From the NCBI GenBank assembly GCA_010093995.1, contig ML992504.1:1601394-1665393 (forward strand): a stretch of DNA of 64,000 nt, in the 5' to 3' direction. Source of the DNA: Elsinoe ampelina. Taxonomy: Eukaryota. Made by a program: the position numbers and the translations under genes. The notes beneath the pieces are model-generated. The model was not told the origin of the DNA and did no database searches. It saw only the letters and a program-made list of their open reading frames with translations. The stretch's first letter is position 1. Each line of letters begins with the position of its first letter. Shown here one piece after another: positions 25,185-35,176 of the stretch.

Positions 25185-25439
25185 GAGGTGGACCTCGAAG
25201 AATGTATAGGAATCCAGCGGTTGTCTTTGGAGTATGGCGGTGGTGATTTGCTTTGGTCATACCTAGTACGAATTGTGTAATGCTCGGCAGATCTGGGATT
25301 AGATAATGTCATTATGCCGCATGATTAAAACTCCAGTCGTGCTCATGTCGTGCGAGGCTAACTTACGATTCAGCTGATAATCTCATCTATAGCACAACGT
25401 TGAGTACAGGTACCAAATCTACCAGCCGACCTAGACCAA

Positions 25440-26709
25440 TCACTCCATCAATTGGCTTCGTAGACCTGGCGAAGTGCTTGGAGTTGACAAATTATGTGAC
25501 TTGTTCCAGCCAATTTCCCACCAGAGATCTGTGTACGGTGCTCTCTTCGCGAACTCTGCTGCACCCTTCGCGGCAGCAAATACCGGATCTGTGTCGTAGA
25601 ATGGAACGTCCGCATTGGTAAGCTGGGAAATGACCCCTTTGACAGTATCATTGAAGTTTGGGATGCCGGCGGAGTCCCCAAGGAGGAAGACTCGATGGGG
25701 TGGATCGTAACGGCGAGCAAGGTAGATCTCCTGAATAGCTTCTCCGACGAGTGACCAATACTCTTCAATTTCCTCTGGCGTCAAGAAATGTGCTAACTTG
25801 TCGCTTCCAAGATCGAAGTCGAGCCTAAAGCGGACGGAAGGTTCCCACAAGAAGTAGGCGCCTTTAACACTTGATACAGCCACTGTAAGCACATCTGGTG
25901 TGTATAGTATGACGAGAAGCTCTTCGCTGTCAAAATCATGCATGTGGTCGTAAGTGTATTCAGCGTTAGTGAAGTTCTTAAAGATGCCGAGCCCATGACC
26001 TGCGTATGCGCTGATAGTCTCATAGACAAGGTGATCGTAGAACCAGACGACCGGGGAAGACAGGCCTACGTGCTCGAAAGCGTCCGTGATATCCTCGTTA
26101 TAGACTGCAACCAAATGAGGCAACGTCGTGACGGCAGAATCTATGCCTGAGCCGGTGAATTGAACCACTGCGTCACGCAAGCTTGCCACCATCTCGGCAA
26201 GAGTGCCGACATCTGTAGAAGCTGGTAGTCCTAGACGCTTCTTCCACTTCCTCAATTCTTGTCGCGGTAAGTCATCCCAGCGGTCTCCAAGATTGTCATA
26301 AGGCGGCCTATTGGTGGCGTTAGATCTGCTCGTGCACTTGCTTTGGGCAAGTACTTGCGCTATGTGCTTAGAGGTTTCCAACGACAACCTGTGAATTGTT
26401 TCGCGATATTTCGTTGAACCATCGATCTTTGCTATGGCGACATTGGTGCCATTTGGGTAGCTGACAGCTGCAACTCTGAACGATTTTAGCTAGGTCGCGC
26501 TGTGGCACAATCAAAACATCATACCCATAGGTGGAAGTCAGGTCAAATCCAATCCCAGGCTTGATATCCGAGCGCCATTGTGAATCTTCCGACAGATGGA
26601 ATAGTTGCTGCAAGCGCACCTCGCCGACATGCACCAGCAGATAGATTATGGAGACTATTGCAGCCGTTGCCACCAGGAATGAGCTACAAACCATGCTGGC
26701 ATGCTTCAT
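25440..26709 (-). CDS. Family A copy 2: signal-anchored Hsp70-NBD-like protein (2 introns, the second GC-AG)
   Basis: FLVATAAIVSIIYLLV anchor, PGIGFDLTSTYG/VAAVSYPNGT, VASLRDAVVQFTGSGIDSAVTTLPHL, FLLGDSAGIP, DPVFAAAKGAAEFAKR. Confidence 0.82.
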
Positions 26710-27474
26710 CCCGAGAACGTGATGCTCTTGCGACCAAAGGGCGTGGACAAGTGCTTGAGATGCAGAGAAAGGTACCCATGTTGTCAAGAAGACGAGCTGC
26801 GGCACAGTTCATTAGGAGTCATGGAGAGCCTCGAACCACACTGAAGTCCTCAGCTTTTTGCCAAGGTGTTTCATCACGCTTGCCGCCGCACCCCCACGCG
26901 TGGACCAAAACTATTCCTGGCCTTCTGAAAACTTCCTCCCTCCCTCAACCGCCGAAGCGCTTGATCATCGGTCCTCGGACCTCACAACACAGGACAGCCA
27001 ACGTCTGTGATTGATTCACAGCTGAAGGAAGCGGCTTGCTCATCACCGCTTCGCCGGCAGGACATTTCAGCTCTTTGCCGCAACCGATATGCAGTTGTCT
27101 CCACATTGCTCTGCCCTTGAGGCTGAGGTAAGAGCTCTACGCCGCCCGCACCATCTGTTCCACCATGGTAGTGAGCTTCCTGCTACCGTACTCTCTCACC
27201 GGAACGGTAAGCAAAAATAGCATGACCGGACCACTTGGAGTACTGTCATTGGCAATGAGCCATCGAGGCAGGATGCTCAGCTTCATGGCATGGATTCTCA
27301 GCGGCACCACCATACAGGTCGTAGCAGGACAGGGGTTCGCGTGGCAGTACCAGCGAGTGACGACCACCGAAGTTTTGCACTGTGAGGGAATGCTATAAAG
27401 AAGTAAGCGTGGGTAGGCCATTGACTGCCATAATCTCCTTCTCTTTTCTCAATCCAGAGTACTTGCTTCTCGTC

Positions 27475-28848
27475 ATGGATACACTTCTACTCGTCTTCGC
27501 TGCGGCTAGTGCTATTTCCGCCATACCTCATCTCCTCCCTCGTCAGGACCAATCTTCCATTCTTCCATGGGCAACCATTGGTGACAGCTGGGCATCCAGT
27601 GTTGCATATTCAGATGATGTAGCCTTTGACGGCAATAGGGATAACTGCCTTCGTAGCAAGGAGTCCTATACGTACCAGCTTGAGCAAGACGCAAGCTGGC
27701 GACAAGATGGACAAAATTTGAGGTTCGCTGCCTGCTCCGGGGCACGGCTGGGCGACATGGCAAGAGAGGGGGGACAATTTCAGGTCAGGAAGACCGGCGA
27801 TCCTCGTATCCTGATCATGACAGCGGGTGGCAATGATGCGCTGTTCGCCGACGTTGCAGTGGACTGCATCTACCGACCAGATCCTCGAGAAGACTACGGC
27901 GAGCCGTTCCCAGGGGAGGGCCGCTGCAAGGCGTCCTTAGAGAGATCTAGCGCCTTCATGGACAACAATCTCGGTCTCGAGCTCGAGAAGGTCTATGACG
28001 AGATCTTCCGAAACTACCAAGACCAAGCAAGTGACCTTACGGTATACCATACCTCATATGTAAGACTCTCTGCTACGCTTACTTTGTTGCCTCGATGCTG
28101 TATTGACTGTCGACAGGTGCATTTCTTCAACGTCAACGACAATTGGTGCAACGACTACAACTTCGGAGTTGTGCCTGATGTTCCCTTCCGGCCACCTCGC
28201 AATCAGAAGCTCAATGTCGAGCTGCGGACGTCCATGAACGATCTCGTAGAGAAGATGAATCGTATCATTGAGCAGTCTGTCAATGCTTACCAGGGCAAAC
28301 TTCAGAGCCAGCCAAAACTGCTCCGACGACAGAAGGACCTCTCCGACACAGGGCCCGTGATACCTGACCGTCCGACCTCGCCCCCACCATCATCACCACC
28401 CACGCAGCCCTTCATTTCCCCCATCCAACCAACTATAGCCAAGCGCAGCCTAGGCTACATCAACGTTTCCCCACGCTTCGACGGACATCGCTTCTGCGAA
28501 GACGAATCCTCAGGCCGCAAGCAGTACTACGGCGATGATGTGTGGTTCTGGAACTTGCGAGCAGCATTCGCACAAGAGCCAGAAGGCGAGGATGTCCCTC
28601 CTCTCTCGGCCGAGGAACAGCTGGAAGTGCAAGAGTTGGGTATTATGAGTGGATTGGGTGGAGGGAATGATATCAAGAATGGATGGAGACTTAGGCCGTT
28701 TCACCCCAAGGCGCCAGGCAATGCAGCTTTCAAGGACGTGATCATTGCGAGACTTAGAGATGATCAGATCTCAGGCGTAAGATCCGTTGGATCGGTGGTG
28801 GGTGGCGCTATCGCTGGGATTTTGGGCTCTGGTGGTCGACCATCATGA
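27475..28848 (+). CDS. Family B copy 2: secreted SGNH/GDSL (SEST-like) hydrolase; 57-nt in-frame intron near 28060-28116
   Basis: Signal peptide MDTLLLVFAAASAISA, WATIGDSWAS (block I), FAACSGA (II), TAGGNDALF (III), GHRFCE, RPFHP (V). Confidence 0.9.
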   Translation: MDTLLLVFAAASAISAIPHLLPRQDQSSILPWATIGDSWASSVAYSDDVAFDGNRDNCLRSKESYTYQLEQDASWRQDGQNLRFAACSGARLGDMAREGGQFQVRKTGDPRILIMTAGGNDALFADVAVDCIYRPDPREDYGEPFPGEGRCKASLERSSAFMDNNLGLELEKVYDEIFRNYQDQASDLTVYHTSYVRLSATLTLLPRCCIDCRQVHFFNVNDNWCNDYNFGVVPDVPFRPPRNQKLNVELRTSMNDLVEKMNRIIEQSVNAYQGKLQSQPKLLRRQKDLSDTGPVIPDRPTSPPPSSPPTQPFISPIQPTIAKRSLGYINVSPRFDGHRFCEDESSGRKQYYGDDVWFWNLRAAFAQEPEGEDVPPLSAEEQLEVQELGIMSGLGGGNDIKNGWRLRPFHPKAPGNAAFKDVIIARLRDDQISGVRSVGSVVGGAIAGILGSGGRPS

Positions 28849-28947
28849 TCTCCTTGGCCGTGCTGTGGAAGCTTTTGTACACTGCTGGCGCAACTAATCT
28901 GTTGCTCATCTTCTGTCGGCCCTGTCCGAGTCATATTCCGGATGTCG

Positions 28948-30208
28948 TCAATGTCTCCATAAAGCACTTGATCTCTGCTCTCTCAGTATCTCATCGTCCT
29001 GGACCACTCGGAAGTTGCCTGAGACCTCTGGTCCAATATGCCACCACTCGTCAGTCCACGGCGCCCGCTTCGCAAACTCTGCCGCACCCATGGCAGCCGC
29101 ATATAACGGATCTCCATCAAACACACGAGGCATCTCGTCTAGCACAGCCGCCATCACCTTATCCAGAATCACTCGAAACCTGGGCATATCCGCACTCTCA
29201 CCCATCATCACAAACCTGTCAAAACGAGTCCACCTACGCCTGACAGGAAGATCCATAAGCGCCTCCCTAACCGCCTCCCAATACCGCTCCACGTCTCCAG
29301 CCGCCGAGAGCGACTCCAACTTCCCACTCCCAAGGTCAAAGTCCAGCCGATTAAAGTAATCCGGCAAGAACAGGTAATAAGCCCCTTTCACATACGACGT
29401 AGCCACCATCAGCGCCTCCCGCGTGTACAACACCGTGAACACCTGCTCCCTCGGGTACGCATTCGTCTCTTTCAAACACTTCTCAGGCTGCGTCCAATGC
29501 TCACATAACCCGAGGTCATACCCTGCGTAGGAAGCCGTAGCCTCGTATATGAGGTGGTCGAAGAACCACACCTTCGTGGACCGCAAGCCGGCGTACTCGA
29601 TAGCGTCGCGGATATCTTCGCTGTACACCCCGGGCAGCTTGGGGATGGTGACCACCACGAAGTCCATGTTGTGCCCGAGGAAGGCGTTGGTGCGGTCGCG
29701 GAGGGCGATTATCATTGAAGAGATGACGCCGACGTCAGAGGAAGAGGGGAGGCCGAGTCTCTTGCGTAAGGAGCGGAGGTCTTGTCGGGGTCGGTCTTTG
29801 ATGGCGTCTTCGAGGCTGGTGTATGGTGGTCTTTGTGGGATCAGTGAGGTTGCCGGGAGGGGTCGGGGTGGGCTTACGCGAGGTGCTTGGAGGATTCTAG
29901 GGCGAGACGCTGCCATAGCGTACGGAATTGGTTCGTGGCATCGACTTTTGCGATGGGTAGCTTGGTGCCGTTTGCGTAGCTGATCGCTGCTGTGCTGTTT
30001 GTCTGATCAGACATCCGATTGGGTTTGTTCACTGGACGTACCCGTAGAAGGCTGTGAGGTCGAAGCCGATGCCAGGCGCAACTTTCTCGCTGTCGTTGTC
30101 TGTGAGGACCTGTCGGTGTCCTTGGAAAACCGGCTGTGCGCATGCTAGATGATAGAGTGTACGGCTTGAAACTAACGGGATCAGCAGGAGTAAGACATCG
30201 AGCAGCAT
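28948..30208 (-). CDS. Family A copy 3: signal-peptide Hsp70-NBD-like protein (2 introns)
   Basis: MLLDVLLLLIPLVSS, PGIGFDLTAFYG/TAAISYANGT, IIALRDRTNAFLGHNMDFVVVTIPKL, VMMGESADMP, DPLYAAAMGAAEFAKRAPWTDEWW. Confidence 0.82.
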
Positions 30209-30572
30209 CGTCAAAATAGCTGGCCGTCAATCATACAGACGTGCAAAAAGAAGAGTACAAACCCAATGATCATCAAAGATGGTAAGGCACTTTCAATGCC
30301 GTGTGGCGTGTGGCACGGTTGGCGCCTAGTGATGCAAAGGCAGGCTGAAGCGGAGTTTCATATTGGCTACCATCGCTTCAGCTGGCGAAAAGTGGGAAGA
30401 CTGACATAGCAGAGCAGAAAGAAGAACGGTGCCATGGCTGAGAGTGGATTTATTTGGCGTTTTGTGCCATATGCACATATTCATGAGTCGTGGTATCTCG
30501 TAATCTAAACGCAACGCCAGCGCTCCCAGTGATCGTCAATGCAGCGACAGTGACCATGCCCCATCCTATATC

Positions 30573-32987
30573 TTATCGACCATCCCTAAAAGCCGAGTCC
30601 TTCGCAAATGCCGCAAAGTTAATTTCATTCCTAAGAGGCGCCGCATCCTTAGTTGGCGTTTCCTCCTCGCCCTTCTCGCTCCTAAGCGGCGTGACATTGG
30701 ACCACGAAGAGGTGTCGGCCTTACTCGACGAGTCCGCCTGGCCGTCACCCATGCTGATACGGCTGTTCTCTTTCTTGACGGGCGTCCTAGGCCTGCTAGT
30801 TGGGGCGCTCCTCCCGATACCGACAAAGCTGCCTGATAGACTCGAACTCAGCTTCTCCATGCTCCAGCCGGGGTCGTTCCTTTCCATTTCGCCATTAAAA
30901 GCAGGTCCGGCGGCAACATCAGCGCTCTCAAGCCCTATGACGACAGGCTCTTCCTCCTTTGGCAAACTAATGGCCGGCTGGGTTGAAGTGCCATTCATCT
31001 CTTCGTCAGTGCGGCCGAACACCTCGGCCCACCAGCGGATCTTGCTTGCGTCAGGAAAGATAAGGCGTTCCTTCCCAACAATCTTGTCGTCGATGTCTGC
31101 ATCATAGTCTGGATTGACGAATTGATGCTTACGTGAGAGAAAGTAATCCCAGACGCTGCGAGTACGTTCGCTGGCACGCCACTCTGCACGTTCGCGCTCG
31201 TTGTCGAACAAGAATGTGCCGTATTGAGCAGCGTATAGCTGGTAGAGGAGGCGACGAAGGAAGCGCTCATTGAACTCGAAGCGATTGGGGTGTTGACGGA
31301 GAAGCTGCCAAGTCGCATCGAGAAATTGGTGAAAGATGGGAGACGTCTCACTATGCTTGGTCCCTATCTTGTCGTCTTTGGAGCGCGAAGGCGATGAGTC
31401 CATATCGGAAGGGTCGACGAGATTCTCTCGCGAGTCATTCTTCTTGTTGAAGAAGCCACGTGCAGTAAAAATGGCATTCTCGAAGGCATTGGCAGGAGGT
31501 TGCGCAGTTCCATTGACGTTGGTCGAAGGTCGTGGGCGATCATTCTCGATCTCGAATGCCTTGTCATGCGACAGTGGTCCTGTACGACGGCGGAACATGT
31601 GACCAAATGAGAGCCAATCTTTCTCCACCAAAACAATGAAGCCTTCTATTGTGCGATAGTAGGGGTCGAGACAGAGTTGAGAGAGTGAAGATATTTGTGA
31701 GGTTCGATCCCAGCCGTCAGAACAATGGATGAGAACATGTGAATGATTGATTCCGATCTGACGTGCCACAAGGTCGGCTCCCTTCACCACCAGACTGATG
31801 TACTTGAGCCATTTGCTCTTTGCGAGTAGATCCTGGTCGGGTCCAAGGTTTGTATAGTCGGAATGCTGAAGAGCTTCGACAACCCGGCCGAGAGAGTCTC
31901 GCATGACGTGAATGTTGTCGATTCCAAGGAACGTGATGGTTGCGTCTTTGTAGTATTCCATGTTTTCGGATCCCATGCCGCCAACTTGATTGGCTCGAGC
32001 GTTCATGAGTGGTCGAGCATCGATAATCAGGTTCCGTTGCTGAGCGCCGTAGATCTTGGCAGTCTTGAGGTCTGGTTCACTCCGGTGATGCGCAAGCTTG
32101 TGGTCTTCGCCATCTGTCGATGCCCGTCCATCGTCCTGAATAGCCACCATGTCGGCAGGAATGTCTGACAAGGAGGTCGGGTCGAGTCCTGGTGTAGCTG
32201 ACTTTGGTCGTGAAGTTGAGAAGATAGCTTGTACGAGTCTTTCGTCCTGAGGATTACGCTTGCCCTTGAGAAGTCCGACCATTGGCTGGGAGCTGCGAGT
32301 GATGGAACAATTGTTGACCGGATGAAGGTAGGTGAGAGCTGGTATTCGGGCTTTTGATCGGTATGCTGATCCATGCTTCAGGACATTGTCTGACACCGTT
32401 GAAGGCACGACCAGAACAGACGGGTACGTAGGTGAGTACACATAGTCGTGGTTGATCTCGGAAATTCTCCAACCCTTGTCTGCTTCTTTTGGACCGATAC
32501 CCATTCTCCTAAATTCTCTTCGCGCATCGTAAAGTTCCCATCCATTACATCTGACCTCTTCCGAAGGCGGCTTGTAGGCGAATGCGTGCAGCTTATCCAG
32601 ATGTGATCCCAGGCATGTCAGGGCCTTGATCGCCTCAAAGACGTCTCTGGCGACCTCCTCCTCGGGTAATTGGAAGGCGATGAACGTGAAATCTCGACAT
32701 TGTAGGCGAATTGACGGCTTTTGGCGCAGCGCGGCGGGCTCAGGGCGAAAAACACAGCGGGATATGAGTGGATAGGATATCCAGACTTGACGTACCTTTG
32801 GTTTCGAGTCTGAGCCTGTAGGCAGCGACCAGGAGAAAATGAGATGATGCTCGGAGATATACAGAGTACCGGTAAACCTGTCACCTCTCCTGCAAAGGAC
32901 TACATCCTTGACCTCCTTGAAAGAGCCGAATTGACCGAGTGCCGGCTTGCCGTTTGAGCCCACTTTGAGACCTTTGATCTTGTCCAT
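30573..32987 (-). CDS. YMR1: Myotubularin-family phosphoinositide 3-phosphatase
   Basis: Catalytic HCSDGWDRT, SPTYPSVLVVP, RSKARIPALTYLH, VEKDWLSFGHMF, SPIFHQFLD, YGTFLFDNERER. Confidence 0.94.
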   Translation of the reverse strand: MDKIKGLKVGSNGKPALGQFGSFKEVKDVVLCRRGDRFTGTLYISEHHLIFSWSLPTGSDSKPKVRQVWISYPLISRCVFRPEPAALRQKPSIRLQCRDFTFIAFQLPEEEVARDVFEAIKALTCLGSHLDKLHAFAYKPPSEEVRCNGWELYDARREFRRMGIGPKEADKGWRISEINHDYVYSPTYPSVLVVPSTVSDNVLKHGSAYRSKARIPALTYLHPVNNCSITRSSQPMVGLLKGKRNPQDERLVQAIFSTSRPKSATPGLDPTSLSDIPADMVAIQDDGRASTDGEDHKLAHHRSEPDLKTAKIYGAQQRNLIIDARPLMNARANQVGGMGSENMEYYKDATITFLGIDNIHVMRDSLGRVVEALQHSDYTNLGPDQDLLAKSKWLKYISLVVKGADLVARQIGINHSHVLIHCSDGWDRTSQISSLSQLCLDPYYRTIEGFIVLVEKDWLSFGHMFRRRTGPLSHDKAFEIENDRPRPSTNVNGTAQPPANAFENAIFTARGFFNKKNDSRENLVDPSDMDSSPSRSKDDKIGTKHSETSPIFHQFLDATWQLLRQHPNRFEFNERFLRRLLYQLYAAQYGTFLFDNERERAEWRASERTRSVWDYFLSRKHQFVNPDYDADIDDKIVGKERLIFPDASKIRWWAEVFGRTDEEMNGTSTQPAISLPKEEEPVVIGLESADVAAGPAFNGEMERNDPGWSMEKLSSSLSGSFVGIGRSAPTSRPRTPVKKENSRISMGDGQADSSSKADTSSWSNVTPLRSEKGEEETPTKDAAPLRNEINFAAFAKDSAFRDGR

Positions 32988-33275
32988 AGTTGGTAGAGGC
33001 CCCTTTGCAGGCTCTGCCGACACCTAGAAATTTCAGGATGGATGCATGACTGTAAAGTATGTTGGAATAATTATTGGGTGGAGCATCATGCTCACTGATC
33101 ATGCCGTGAAGTCGATAGAGGCTTGGCGAAACCTTGTCGGCAATCCGGACCGTGCTTCCCCAAATCTTGAACCCACCACGATTTTAGACATCCCACACGC
33201 ACGCAAGAAGTTCGCCAGCAACCAACAGGTCAACCACGATACTAATCTTCGACCACATCCAGCACAACCGTCATC

Positions 33276-34258
33276 ATGGCTGCCGTCCAGGGAGGTGCTA
33301 TGTGAGTGGTACCTACGAGGTTTTCACGACGCGGGATACTGACAAATGTTACAGTTCCAAGCGCAGAAAGTTCGTCGCTGGTATGTCGATTCCACCCAAG
33401 CGCACCACTCGCCAAACGATTCTGTTATTGCAGAAGTGGTCAAAACAGAAGAGCAGAGAATAACAGGTCGCAGATGGTGTGTTCTACGCCGAGCTCAATG
33501 AGTTCTTCCAGAGGGAGCTGGCCGAGGAGGGTTACTCTGGTGTGGAGGTGCGAGTAACACCCACCGTCACCGACATCATCATCCGCGCGACACACACCCA
33601 AGAGGTTCTCGGAGAGCAGGGTCGCCGCATCCGAGAATTGACCTCTCTCATCCAGAAGAGGTTCAAGTTCCCCGAGAACTCCGTCTCCCTGTATGCCGCC
33701 AAGGTCCAAAACCGTGGTCTCTCCGCCGTCGCTCAATGCGAATCCCTCCGCTACAAGCTTCTCAACGGTCTCGCCGTACGAAGGGCATGCTACGGTGTGC
33801 TCCGATTCATCATGGAGTCTGGTGCCAAGGGTTGCGAGGTTGTAGTCAGCGGCAAGCTGCGTGCCGCCCGTGCCAAGTCCATGAAGTTCACTGTACGACT
33901 GTCCCATCGCTGCCCATATATGTATTCTGACATTGTATAGGATGGCTTCATGATCCACTCTGGTCAGCCGGCCAAGGACTTCATCGACTCCGCCACTCGC
34001 CACGTCCTCCTCCGTCAAGGTGTGCTCGGTATCAAGGTCAAGATCATGCGCGGTTCCGACCCAGAGGGCAAGTCCGGCCCATCCAAGACTCTTCCAGACT
34101 CGGTCACTATCATCGAGCCCAAGGAAGAGCCATCAATCGTTCAGCCAATGTCGCAAGACTACGGTGCCAAGGCACTTGCTGCCCAGCAGCAGGCGGATGC
34201 ACAGAGACAGGCAGATGAGGCGGCACAGGGTGGTGAGGGCGAAAACTATCAGCAATAG
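33276..34258 (+). CDS. RPS3: 40S ribosomal protein S3 (uS3), 3 introns
   Basis: [38 protein letters not shown]...[24 protein letters not shown]. Confidence 0.98.
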
Positions 34259-35176
34259 GAAGCTGGAGAGGGCGAGAGTTTGCGGTGAAGCGAGAAGTTC
34301 GAGGGATGGTTCATAGCTCATGGGATCCGGAGTTTTCACGTCATGGCTCTAGATATGTTCCGTAGAGGACATGGCACTGATGCGATCCTCAGAGCGCGGG
34401 TTGCAATACCTTCGGACAGCATCGAGTTCAAACAAATGCATGCAGTCGACCTTTTGACAGCCCCGATCCGCATCGCCTCAATGATGTTCCGCCGGACAGT
34501 CAATCGCCGGATTCATGCTGGTCATTGGATAATGAAACCCACAATCGGCCCGCTCCAGTGACCACGCGACATGTCGGACGTCTTGGTCATGTCGACAAAA
34601 GCCCTTGCGATCTGCCGCCGGTGTCGATTGTTCGTGTCGATTGTTCGTGGGGTAGCAATGAAAGGTTGACCGCAAATTGAGGGGAAATGCAAGCAGAGCT
34701 TCAGCCTCTTGTACCGAAGCAGCAATTTTGGGTTTATCATATGACGGCAGGTCGCATAGATACAATGCGACCGTGCCCCGGTTCTTCTTGCGCCAATTTC
34801 TCTTCGTCTTTATCCATCTCGAACCCTTTGGAAGCTCTGACAGTGCTAGACGACGCCTCCAAGCACAAACGTTGAGATTCACAAAGCTCCTTCCGCCTCC
34901 CCGCCATCTCCATTTGACGCGACACCGCCAGACCGCGACAAGCTCTATGCATGGTCGTTGGCGAGGTTGGCATCTTGTACAGGAGCTGTGTAATTAGTTT
35001 CTACTTCTGCAATTCCTTGTTTCATTCCCGCTCGAATCAATGTACCAACTGGAGCTTTGACGCAGTTCGTTCGAGAAGTTGGTCCGGCCCAAAAAAATTA
35101 TCGGACCTGTCACGCCGTTTGCAACATACTAGAGTATAGGACTCGAAGCGAGCAGAGCATTGCCTGAACCGGCAAG

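Noticed and set aside
27137..27421. Small ORFs in the A2/B2 spacer as a third system component
   Set aside because: No counterpart seen in the A1/B1 spacer and no recognisable features.
32988..33275. 5' UTR intron of myotubularin overlapping the RPS3 promoter
   Set aside because: The divergent spacer is short (under 300 bp), but the branch point and donor are ambiguous. It cannot be supported without transcripts.
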